This document shows positions 1 through 7,640 of a stretch of DNA of 64,000 bases, one piece after another. The notes below the pieces were generated by a model that saw nothing but the letters and a program-made list of their open reading frames with translations, searched no databases and was not told the origin of the DNA. Source of the DNA: Alphaproteobacteria bacterium (GTDB taxonomy: Bacteria; Pseudomonadota; Alphaproteobacteria; SP197); assembly GCA_965221115.1 (NCBI GenBank), contig CBDCRU010000002.1, positions 628,172 to 692,171 on the forward strand. Reading direction: 5' to 3'. The first letter of the stretch is position 1, and every line of letters begins with the position of its first letter. A program made the position numbers and the translations under genes.

Positions 1-357
1 GTAGTTGACGAAGTGCGAGAGCTGACCGGCCATGGGTCCCTGGTTGCCCACCTGCCAGAACAGCCATTCCAGGGTTTCCTTTTCGCCGACAGGATCGCTG
101 GCGACAAAGCGCCGGTGCCTGCGGGCGAGATGGAGCATGATGGCGCCCGATTCAAAGACGGGCAGCGGTCCTCCCGGATGATCGTGGTCGACGATGGCGG
201 GAATGCGGTTGTTCGGGCTCGTCTCGAGGAAGTCGGGAGCGAACTGTTCGCCCCTCGAAATGTCGACAGGGATCAGCGTGTAGGCCACTCCGAGTTCCTC
301 GAGGAGAATGGCAACCTTCCAGCCGTTGGGTGTCGGCCAGTAGTAGAAATCGATCAT
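1..357 (-). CDS. Glutathione S-transferase (YfcG/YghU-like), 5' part only; gene runs off the window start
   Basis: Reverse-complement translation starts with the ATG at 355-357 and gives MIDFYYWPTPNGWKVAILLEELGVAYTLIPVDISRGEQFAPDFLETSPNNRIPAIVDH...FESGAIMLHLA...LFWQVG, an N-terminal thioredoxin-like GST fold closely resembling the E. coli YfcG class. Confidence 0.6.
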   Translation of the reverse strand, partial: MIDFYYWPTPNGWKVAILLEELGVAYTLIPVDISRGEQFAPDFLETSPNNRIPAIVDHDHPGGPLPVFESGAIMLHLARRHRRFVASDPVGEKETLEWLFWQVGNQGPMAGQLSHFVNY

Positions 358-360
358 CGT

Positions 361-1551
361 TCAGCCCCCGAAGACCCCGGTGCGGCGCAGTGTGGCGATG
401 GTTCCGGAATCGTAGCCGGCCTCCTTCAGGATCTCGTCCGTGTTCTCTCCGAGCTGCGCACCGGATTCGCGCAACTCGAAGTCGGTCTTCGAGAACCGTG
501 CGGCAGGACGCGCCTGGCGTATCCTGCCGACGAGGGGATGATCATGTTCGGTGACGATACCGTTGGCGGCGATCTGAGGGTGACGGATCATGTCGTTGCG
601 GTTGAGCACGGGGGCACAGGGGACATCCTCGGCCTCGAGCCGTTCCAGCCATTCGGCGCTGGTGGCCGTTCGGAGGACCTCCTGGGTCAGTTCGAGCCTT
701 GCGTCGATGTGACGCTGGCGAGCGGCCGGTGTGCGAAAGCGCTCGTCCTTGAGCCACTCGGGCCTCTTCAGGGCGCGCGTGAGAGCTTCCCATTCCTTGT
801 CTTGCTGGACTGCCACCGAAATGTAGCCGTCGCTCGTCTCATAGATGAGATCGATGAAACTCTGGGCATGCTGCTGGCGGATCCCGTAATCGACCATGGT
901 CTGGGCTTCCATGTCCGATCCCCACAGGAAGGCGATGACCGAATCAAGCATGGAGACGTGGATCGCCTGGCCCTCTCCGGTTCTCTCCCGGTTGAAAAGC
1001 GCCGCCGCAATCGCCTGGGCGGCAACGACGCCGGTGAGCTTGTCGGGGATGATGGTTCTCACGAGGCGCGGCCGCGCCTCGTCCGATCCGGCCTGCACGG
1101 TTGTCAGCCCGGAAAGGGCCTGCACGAGGGGATCATAGACCGGCTTTGCCGCAAAGGGTCCGCTCGGACCGAATCCCGAGATCGACACGTGAATGATGGC
1201 CGGTGCGTGCTTCCGCACGTCGTCTTCGCCAACCCCGATGCGTTCCGCAACCCCGGGCCGGAAGTTCTGGACCAGGACATCGGCGCCCGCGACAAGGCGC
1301 ATCAGCACCTCGATGCCGCGGGCGTGCTTGAGATCGATGGCGATGGAACGCTTGTTGCGGTTGTTGTTGAGATAGGACGATGCGAGACCGTGTTCATTGG
1401 CCGACACGCCGCGCGTGGTGTCTCCGCCGCGGGCGGGGCTCTCGACCTTGATGACATCGGCGCCCTGATCGGCCAGCAGCATGGTGGCCGAAGGTCCCGA
1501 CACCATGCGGGTCAGATCAATGATGCGCACCCCGTGCAATGGACCCGGCAT
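361..1551 (-). CDS. CoA-transferase family III (CaiB/BaiF-type)
   Basis: 396-aa ORF with the hallmark N-terminus GVRIIDLTRMVSGPSATMLLADQGADVIKVE of family III CoA transferases. Confidence 0.85.
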   Translation of the reverse strand: MPGPLHGVRIIDLTRMVSGPSATMLLADQGADVIKVESPARGGDTTRGVSANEHGLASSYLNNNRNKRSIAIDLKHARGIEVLMRLVAGADVLVQNFRPGVAERIGVGEDDVRKHAPAIIHVSISGFGPSGPFAAKPVYDPLVQALSGLTTVQAGSDEARPRLVRTIIPDKLTGVVAAQAIAAALFNRERTGEGQAIHVSMLDSVIAFLWGSDMEAQTMVDYGIRQQHAQSFIDLIYETSDGYISVAVQQDKEWEALTRALKRPEWLKDERFRTPAARQRHIDARLELTQEVLRTATSAEWLERLEAEDVPCAPVLNRNDMIRHPQIAANGIVTEHDHPLVGRIRQARPAARFSKTDFELRESGAQLGENTDEILKEAGYDSGTIATLRRTGVFGG

Positions 1552-1693
1552 TGTTCCCCGTGCCTCTGTCTCGCAAGGGACATGCCATGGAGTGCGTCAA
1601 CAGGACAAGCCCGGGATTTCCTGCCTGCCATCTTGCAATTGTTCCCGAGGGCCACGACGCTGGCGGCGAACAGCGCAACGAGGATGACGTCCC

Positions 1694-2767
1694 ATGAGCA
1701 ATGCCGGTTACCCGGACTGGGAGACCTTCTTGGCGACAAGTTTCGCCGGCAGGCGAGAGTTCCCGCTTGTTGCACCGGAGACGCCCTCGTTCATGTCGCG
1801 TCCCGTCGCGAGGACGCCGGATGATCTCGAGGGTGCGGATGTGGTCATCATCGGCGCGCCCTATGTCGCTGCCGAGGATGGCAAGTACGCCGGCGTCGCC
1901 ATGGAGGAATGGATCGAGGCGCCCAAGCGGGTCCGGCAGCAGTCGGCGCGTTACCCGGGCGGCTATATCCAGGATTTCGACCTGGAACTCTTCGATCACA
2001 TCACCATGGTCGACTACGGTGATGCGGACATTCCCCCGGACGTCATGGAGAACCAGACGCCCGAGCGCATCCTCGCCGCTCAGGAAGCCGTGGAGGCGAA
2101 GTGCCGGGACGCCTTGCGAGCCGGAGCGGTTCCGGTGGTGATCGGGCAGAACAGCCCCTGCGGCAGCTTTGCCATCGCCAAGGCCTGCGCCGAACACACG
2201 CAAGGTGCGGTGGGTTGTGTCAGTCTCGATACGCACTGGGATGCCCAGCCTGTCGATTACCTGACCGGTGATCCGCGGATCGCAGGTGCTGCGTCGTGGA
2301 AACACAAGATGTACGAGTTTCTCGACAACATGCATCCCCGCAATCTTGTCGAGATCGGCGAGCGCGGCATGCTGGAGACGAGCGACATCGTTCGCCGCTA
2401 TCTCGACGACGGCGCCCGCTTCATCTCCTCGTGGGAATTGCGCACAGATCTGGGAATCGAGGGATGTGTCCGGAACCTCGACCGCGCCTGGGACGGCACC
2501 CGGGGCGTCTATGCCCACTTTGACATGGATGTCATGGGCGGCGCCGGGCCGGCGCCCGGAGACATTCTCGGCGAACTGGTGGAACCCATCGCCATGACCG
2601 ATTACGAAGTCATCCGCATTGCCCACGAGATCGGCCGGCGCGGTGTGACAGGATTCAGTTTCATCTGCATTCCGCCAGGCTCGGCCGCCGTCTACCGGGT
2701 CATCGTCTACGTCATTGTCTATCTGGCCGCGGGTCTTGCCCAGCGCAAGCTCGGACGAGGCGTGTGA
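1694..2767 (+). CDS. Ureohydrolase (arginase/agmatinase/guanidino-acid hydrolase family)
   Basis: 357 aa; DVVIIGAPY, a DTHWD (DAHxD-like) motif and HFDMDVMGG (SxDxDxxDP-like) motif typical of binuclear-Mn ureohydrolases. Confidence 0.8.
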   Translation: MSNAGYPDWETFLATSFAGRREFPLVAPETPSFMSRPVARTPDDLEGADVVIIGAPYVAAEDGKYAGVAMEEWIEAPKRVRQQSARYPGGYIQDFDLELFDHITMVDYGDADIPPDVMENQTPERILAAQEAVEAKCRDALRAGAVPVVIGQNSPCGSFAIAKACAEHTQGAVGCVSLDTHWDAQPVDYLTGDPRIAGAASWKHKMYEFLDNMHPRNLVEIGERGMLETSDIVRRYLDDGARFISSWELRTDLGIEGCVRNLDRAWDGTRGVYAHFDMDVMGGAGPAPGDILGELVEPIAMTDYEVIRIAHEIGRRGVTGFSFICIPPGSAAVYRVIVYVIVYLAAGLAQRKLGRGV

Positions 2768-2768
2768 C

Positions 2769-4529
2769 ATGAGCGAATCCCGTGACGCCGAGGTCCGTTA
2801 CGAGCCCGACGACAAACCGCCGCTCTTTCTGACCATCGGCCTTGGGACTCAGTTTGCGATCCTTGTGGTCACCGGCATCGTCCTGACACCGGCAATCGTG
2901 GTGAGGGCCGGTGGGGGTAGCGAGGCCTTTCTTGTCTGGGCCGCCTTCGCCGCCCTCGTGGTGAGCGGCCTGACGACCATTCTGCAGGCCCGCAGGATCG
3001 GGCCGTTCGGCGCCGGTTACATTCTCATCATGGGGACTTCCGGTGCCTTCATTGCCGTGTGTGTCACGGCTCTGGCCGAAGGCGGACCGGGCATGCTGGC
3101 GACGCTCGTCTTCCTGTCATCCCTTGTTCAGTTCACGCTGGCCAAGCGTCTGTCGATCCTGCGCCGAATCCTGACACCAGCGGTGACCGGGACCGTCATC
3201 ATGATGATTCCGGTAACCGTCATGCCCATCGTGTTCGACATGCTGGCGAATGTTCCGGACAACGTGGAACCCCTGGCCTCCCCGCTCGTTGTCGGCACGA
3301 CGCTCGTCGTCATCCTTGCCATCGCCTTTGGCTCGCGGTCCACCCTGCGTCTGTGGGCGCCCATCATCGGCATTGTCATTGGTTGTCTCATCGCCGCGTG
3401 GTTTGGTCTCTACGACACGGCCCGGATTGCTGCGGCCGGCTGGATCGGTGTTCCGGACGGTGGCTGGCCGGGGTTCAATCTCGATTTCGGACCGACGTTC
3501 TGGATCTTGCTGCCGGCCTTCATCTTCGTGACCTACGTCGGCGCCATCGAGACAGTAGGCGATTCCGTGGCCATCCAGTCAGTTTCGTGGAAGCACCGTC
3601 GAGCCATCGACTACAAGGTGGTTCAGGGCGCGGTTTCGGCCGATGGTGTGGGGAACTTCCTCTCGGGACTCGCCGGGACGATTCCCAACACGACCTATTC
3701 GACAAGCATCGCGGTCGTCGAGTTGACCGGCATCGCATCACGCAGGGTCGGGGTCTGTGTCGGCCTGGTTCTCCTCGCCGCCGCCTTTGTGCCGAAATTT
3801 GCAGCCCTCGTGCTGGCGATTCCGGTGGCTGTGGCGGCCGCCTATCTGGTTGTCCTTCTCGGCCTTCTCTTTGTCGCCGGCATGCGCCTCGTGATCAGCG
3901 ACGGCATGGACTATCGCAAAAGTCTGATGGTCGGCACGGCCTTCTGGATCGGTTCCGGCTTTCAGCACGGCGTCATCTTTCCGGACCTGCTGGGGCCCTG
4001 GGCCGGCAGTCTCGTCGGCAATGGCATGACGGCCGGGGGTATCACGGCCGTTGTGCTGACGGTCTGTCTCAACCTGATGTCGCCGAAGAGCGCAGTCCTG
4101 AAAACGAGACTGGAAACCGATACGCTCCAGGAGATTTCAGGCTTCCTCAAGAAGACCGCCGCGAGGCACAGCTGGACGGAGGACCAGACGGACCGGCTCA
4201 TCCTTGTTGGCGACGAGATGGCTGCGACACTGATGGCTGCCGACGACAGCAGTGACGCCAGGCGGCTTGTGGTCAAGGCGCGTGGCGAGGGCTCCTCCAT
4301 CGAGCTTGAGTTCGTCACATCGGGAAGCGAGGGCAACATCGAGGACCAGATCATGGTGCTCGGCGAACAGCCCGACAGGACCACGGTCGAACGGGAACTT
4401 TCCCTCAGGCTGCTGCGGCACTATACCTCGTCGGTCCACCACCAGAGCTTCACCAACGCCGACATCCTGACCGTGCGTGTCGAACGCCCCGAACAGGGGC
4501 CATCCCGGTCGCGGCCTTCAATCGAGTGA
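2769..4529 (+). CDS. NCS2 (xanthine/uracil/nucleobase) family permease with a ~170-aa C-terminal soluble extension
   Basis: Multi-TM protein with the NCS2-like motif NTTYSTSIAVVELTGIASRRVG; the ATG at 2769 sits 1 nt after the upstream stop; the hydrophilic C-terminal domain has no obvious family. Confidence 0.7.
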   Translation: MSESRDAEVRYEPDDKPPLFLTIGLGTQFAILVVTGIVLTPAIVVRAGGGSEAFLVWAAFAALVVSGLTTILQARRIGPFGAGYILIMGTSGAFIAVCVTALAEGGPGMLATLVFLSSLVQFTLAKRLSILRRILTPAVTGTVIMMIPVTVMPIVFDMLANVPDNVEPLASPLVVGTTLVVILAIAFGSRSTLRLWAPIIGIVIGCLIAAWFGLYDTARIAAAGWIGVPDGGWPGFNLDFGPTFWILLPAFIFVTYVGAIETVGDSVAIQSVSWKHRRAIDYKVVQGAVSADGVGNFLSGLAGTIPNTTYSTSIAVVELTGIASRRVGVCVGLVLLAAAFVPKFAALVLAIPVAVAAAYLVVLLGLLFVAGMRLVISDGMDYRKSLMVGTAFWIGSGFQHGVIFPDLLGPWAGSLVGNGMTAGGITAVVLTVCLNLMSPKSAVLKTRLETDTLQEISGFLKKTAARHSWTEDQTDRLILVGDEMAATLMAADDSSDARRLVVKARGEGSSIELEFVTSGSEGNIEDQIMVLGEQPDRTTVERELSLRLLRHYTSSVHHQSFTNADILTVRVERPEQGPSRSRPSIE

Positions 4530-4568
4530 AGCCTCTACCGGAGGCGATGGAACAAGGGAGATGCGAGA

Positions 4569-5753
4569 ATGACCGTTCCCCTGAAACCAAACAACGCCCG
4601 GCAACTGTTGCCGAAGCAGTGCTACTACTCCGGCACCTGGTTCGAAAGGGAACACCGGGAACTCTTCAGCCGGTCCTGGACCTTTGCCTGCACGGTTCAG
4701 GATGTGCCCGATACTGGAGACTACAAGGCGGTTCAGATCAACCGCTATCCCATGATCGTCGTGCGCACGAAGGATGGTTCCCTGCGCGCCTACCACAACA
4801 CGTGCCGACACCGGGGAACGCAGATCTTCGAGGAGGGGACGGGCAACTGCCGCCACGGCATCGTCTGTCCCTATCACGCCTGGACCTACAACATCGATGA
4901 CGGAAGTCTGCGAGGACTGCCGAAGAAGGACCTCTGCTTCGCCGGCATGAATCTGGAGGACTGGCCACTGCACACCGGCAGTGTGGGAATCATCGGTGAT
5001 CTCGTGTTCGTCAATCCGATGGCTCAGCCCGACGAGGACTTCGATACCTGGGTCGGCACCATGCCGATGACCCACATGTGGCCTCATTCACTGGAAGGAC
5101 TGTCCGAGAAACGCCCGATACGCTACGACATCCACTGCAACTGGAAGGTGTTCTGCGAGAACGCGATGGATGGCTATCACCTGAGCTATCTCCACGACAA
5201 GACACTCATGGGTCCCGACGTGGAGGATCAGGACTGGGATGCGGTTCATCGTCACTGGGTTTTCATCGGCTTCGGTGAAAATCCGTCCCGGGAGAATTCG
5301 CACCATGCCACCATACCCGGAACCTCGATGTCGGGACGGCGTCCGGTCGTGTGGCAGTTCTTTCCCAACTCCGGGGTCCTGGCCACGTCCATTTTCTTTT
5401 CGGCTTACGTGATCGTTCCGGTCGGCCCGGAGCGTTGCTACCTTGAACTGCGCACCTGGATGGCGCCCCGGGAGAAGGACGGGGAACCGAAGAAGGAGGG
5501 ACAACACAGCGGCACCAGCGGTCATGGCCACATCATGAAGGATGGCAGGCGCTACATTTCCCTCGATGAACTGGGCTGTCACGCCATGGAAGCCCTCGAT
5601 TTCCAGATCGAGGACATGTGGGTCGTCGAACAACAGCAAAAGGCTTTGCGGTCACCGATGATGAAGACCGGAGAACTGGCCGATCACGGCGAAACCTCTC
5701 TGACCTTCTTCCAGGCCAACATTCTCGACTTGGTGCCGCTCGACCCGCCCTGA
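4569..5753 (+). CDS. Rieske [2Fe-2S] non-heme-iron oxygenase alpha subunit (GbcA/CntA/Stc2-like N-demethylase type)
   Basis: Rieske motif CRHRG...CPYHAW, mononuclear-iron motif DGYHLSYLHD, RBS aagggag upstream. Confidence 0.85.
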   Translation: MTVPLKPNNARQLLPKQCYYSGTWFEREHRELFSRSWTFACTVQDVPDTGDYKAVQINRYPMIVVRTKDGSLRAYHNTCRHRGTQIFEEGTGNCRHGIVCPYHAWTYNIDDGSLRGLPKKDLCFAGMNLEDWPLHTGSVGIIGDLVFVNPMAQPDEDFDTWVGTMPMTHMWPHSLEGLSEKRPIRYDIHCNWKVFCENAMDGYHLSYLHDKTLMGPDVEDQDWDAVHRHWVFIGFGENPSRENSHHATIPGTSMSGRRPVVWQFFPNSGVLATSIFFSAYVIVPVGPERCYLELRTWMAPREKDGEPKKEGQHSGTSGHGHIMKDGRRYISLDELGCHAMEALDFQIEDMWVVEQQQKALRSPMMKTGELADHGETSLTFFQANILDLVPLDPP

Positions 5754-5757
5754 GGCA

Positions 5758-6618
5758 TCACGCGTCGTCTGTCTTTCGACGCAACGGCCTCGCAAACATG
5801 CGGGGCCGCGCTTCCCTCACCATCCATCTGGATGCCGGCCGGCCGCGCCTGCTCCGCTTCACAGTCTTCTCCCCTGACGCAAGGCGATCAAGGGACGGCT
5901 CCGAATCGGAAGAGAGCTCGGCCTCTGCGCCGTCGATCGCCCCCTGACTTGGCCCAAGGAGAGCAACAGGTGGTTCCAAAACGCGAGCATGTGGGGCTGC
6001 CCGGGCGCGGACAACCGGTTCGAAGGACGACGCGGCTGTGAATGCGCCGCTGTCGCGCACGAACCTCTGGAAGTTTCCCGGATCGAGAGGAGTGTTCCAG
6101 ATCGTTTCATAAACCTTGCGCAACTCTGCGACCGTGAAGGCTGACGGGCAGAACTGTGCGGCGATTGTCGTCGTTTCGAGTCTTGAGCGGATCCGGTCCA
6201 CCGCATCCTCGACGATCCGGTCGTGGTCGAAGGCGAGACGAAGAGCGCCGCTTTCGATCCGGTCCACGGGCACGAGATCGGCAGCTGCCGCGTCGCTGCC
6301 GCCCCGGGGACGGGGAAGATTGGCGGTGATGGCCCAGAAGGCGACGGTGACTGTCCGCATGCGCGGGTCCCGCGCCGGATCGCCATAGGCGGCGAGCTGT
6401 TCAAGGTGCCAAGCGCCGCGGGCGAGGCCGGTCTCTTCCTCGAGCTCCCGGGCGGCCGCCGCCTTGAGATCCTCGTCGGGAAGGACGAAGCCGCCCGGCA
6501 GGGCAAGGTCCCCGCGGTAGGGGTCCCCGCCACGCTCGATCAGCAGAATCTTGAAGGTGTCATCCTCGATGGTGAAGAGCGCTATGTCGACGGTGACGGC
6601 AAATGGCGGATAACTCAC
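5758..6618 (-). CDS. NrtR-like Nudix-related transcriptional regulator (Nudix domain plus C-terminal winged helix)
   Basis: Perfect Nudix box GGFVLPDEDLKAAAARELEEETGL; the C-terminal region LAFDHDRIVEDAVDRIRSRLETTTIAAQFCPSAFTVAELRKVYETIWNTPLDPGNFQRFV resembles the NrtR DNA-binding domain. Start is placed at GTG 6618 (GAGGAA RBS 6 nt upstream); an in-frame ATG at 6681 lacks an RBS and lies inside the operator palindromes. Confidence 0.7.
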   Translation of the reverse strand: MSYPPFAVTVDIALFTIEDDTFKILLIERGGDPYRGDLALPGGFVLPDEDLKAAAARELEEETGLARGAWHLEQLAAYGDPARDPRMRTVTVAFWAITANLPRPRGGSDAAAADLVPVDRIESGALRLAFDHDRIVEDAVDRIRSRLETTTIAAQFCPSAFTVAELRKVYETIWNTPLDPGNFQRFVRDSGAFTAASSFEPVVRARAAPHARVLEPPVALLGPSQGAIDGAEAELSSDSEPSLDRLASGEKTVKRSRRGRPASRWMVREARPRMFARPLRRKTDDA

Positions 6619-6650
6619 GGTGATTCCTCGCTGGCTCGTCCTCGGAATAT

Positions 6651-6671
6651 TTATTGTTGTATTGACAATAA
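6651..6671. promoter_or_regulatory. 21-bp palindromic operator candidate TTATTGT-N7-ACAATAA (site 1)
   Basis: ttattgttgtattgacaataa; 7-bp arms are perfect reverse complements; lies in the divergent intergenic region between the NrtR-like gene and the operon at 6720. Confidence 0.5.
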
Positions 6672-6682
6672 TGAACGCCATA

Positions 6683-6703
6683 TAATTGTCAGTGTCACAA
6701 TAA
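6683..6703. promoter_or_regulatory. 21-bp palindromic operator candidate TAATTGT-N7-ACAATAA (site 2)
   Basis: taattgtcagtgtcacaataa; same half-site as site 1 with one mismatch; centre-to-centre spacing ~32 bp; ends 4 nt before the RBS gaaggagg of the 6720 gene. Confidence 0.5.
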
Positions 6704-6719
6704 ACTGAAGGAGGCCAGC

Positions 6720-7640
6720 ATGACCATACCCTGCCTTGAAAACGCCGCCGTAGGATCTCCAATCACGCGCCTCGGTGTCTCGTTCTTCCCTGTCTATCTG
6801 CAGGACAACCGCCTTCCGTCCATCGACACCGGCGGTTCGTCGGGATTGATCGTCAGCGAGTTCGATGTCGCGACAGTCGGGGCACTGCAGGTCACCAATC
6901 CAACTGACAAGCCGATCCTGATCGTCGAGGGTGAACATTTCACCGGCGGCAACCAGAATCGCACCATTAACGCCACCGTTCTCGTCCCGGCCGGATCCAA
7001 GCTCGATATTCCCGTGTCGTGCCTGGAACAGGGCCGATGGGGTCGCCATCGGGCATGGCGCCGCGCTGAGGCCTTCACGCCCGAGCGGATCCGGAAGAGG
7101 AAGCGGGCGAGCGTCAACAGGTCCTTCAGTGTCAACCAGGACCGCAGGAGCGATCAGGGTGCCATCTGGGACGACATCTCGGCCATGATGCTTCGTGAAG
7201 GTGTCGCTTCACCGACAAGTGCCGCCGAAAAACTGGGAGAATCCTATCGGCGTCTCCCCTCCCACAGGGAAACCGTCGAAGCCCTGGTTGAACGTGGTCC
7301 GCTTCCCGGACAGTGCGGCATTGTCGTGGCGCACGGCAGGGATGTCACAGCCATGGATCTCTTCGGTGCACCGCATCTTCTCCGCAAACACTGGGGAGCG
7401 CTGGTGCGGTCACACTTCATCGAAACCGGACAGTCCAAGGGTCACCCGTCTGCCACCCTCGCCCTCAGGAGAGTCAGGCGGCTGGCAACATCGCCGGCCG
7501 AGACCGGACCCGGTGTCGGGCTCGGTTGCGAACACCGGGTGACCGGGCGCCGTCTGACAGGCCAGGCCCTGGTCCTGGATGATGCACTGATCCATGCCTC
7601 GTTCTCGTACGACCCAGGTCGGAGCGCGCACCATGGTTGA
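6720..7640 (+). CDS. Hypothetical protein (306 aa), first gene of an operon with an ADP-ribosylglycohydrolase
   Basis: Strong RBS gaaggagg; no signal peptide or TM segments; no family recognised by eye; its stop overlaps the next gene start (ATGGTTGA). Confidence 0.6.
   Translation: MTIPCLENAAVGSPITRLGVSFFPVYLQDNRLPSIDTGGSSGLIVSEFDVATVGALQVTNPTDKPILIVEGEHFTGGNQNRTINATVLVPAGSKLDIPVSCLEQGRWGRHRAWRRAEAFTPERIRKRKRASVNRSFSVNQDRRSDQGAIWDDISAMMLREGVASPTSAAEKLGESYRRLPSHRETVEALVERGPLPGQCGIVVAHGRDVTAMDLFGAPHLLRKHWGALVRSHFIETGQSKGHPSATLALRRVRRLATSPAETGPGVGLGCEHRVTGRRLTGQALVLDDALIHASFSYDPGRSAHHG

Noticed and set aside
13-1824. 603-aa plus-strand ORF overlapping the CoA-transferase gene
   Set aside because: Antisense to a well-supported gene; Arg/Gly/Ala-rich low-complexity translation typical of spurious reverse-frame ORFs in high-GC DNA. 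The same reasoning applies to 1517..2770(-), 28809..30458(-), 33042..34277(+), 35717..37648(-), 15403..16710(-), 18075..19448(-), 60363..63158(-) and the many 60-200-aa overlapping ORFs.
6720-7640. Calling the 306-aa protein DraT (dinitrogenase reductase ADP-ribosyltransferase)
   Set aside because: Size and pairing with a DraG-like hydrolase make this tempting, but I cannot verify any DraT-specific motif from memory. It is left as a hypothetical protein with a stated hypothesis.
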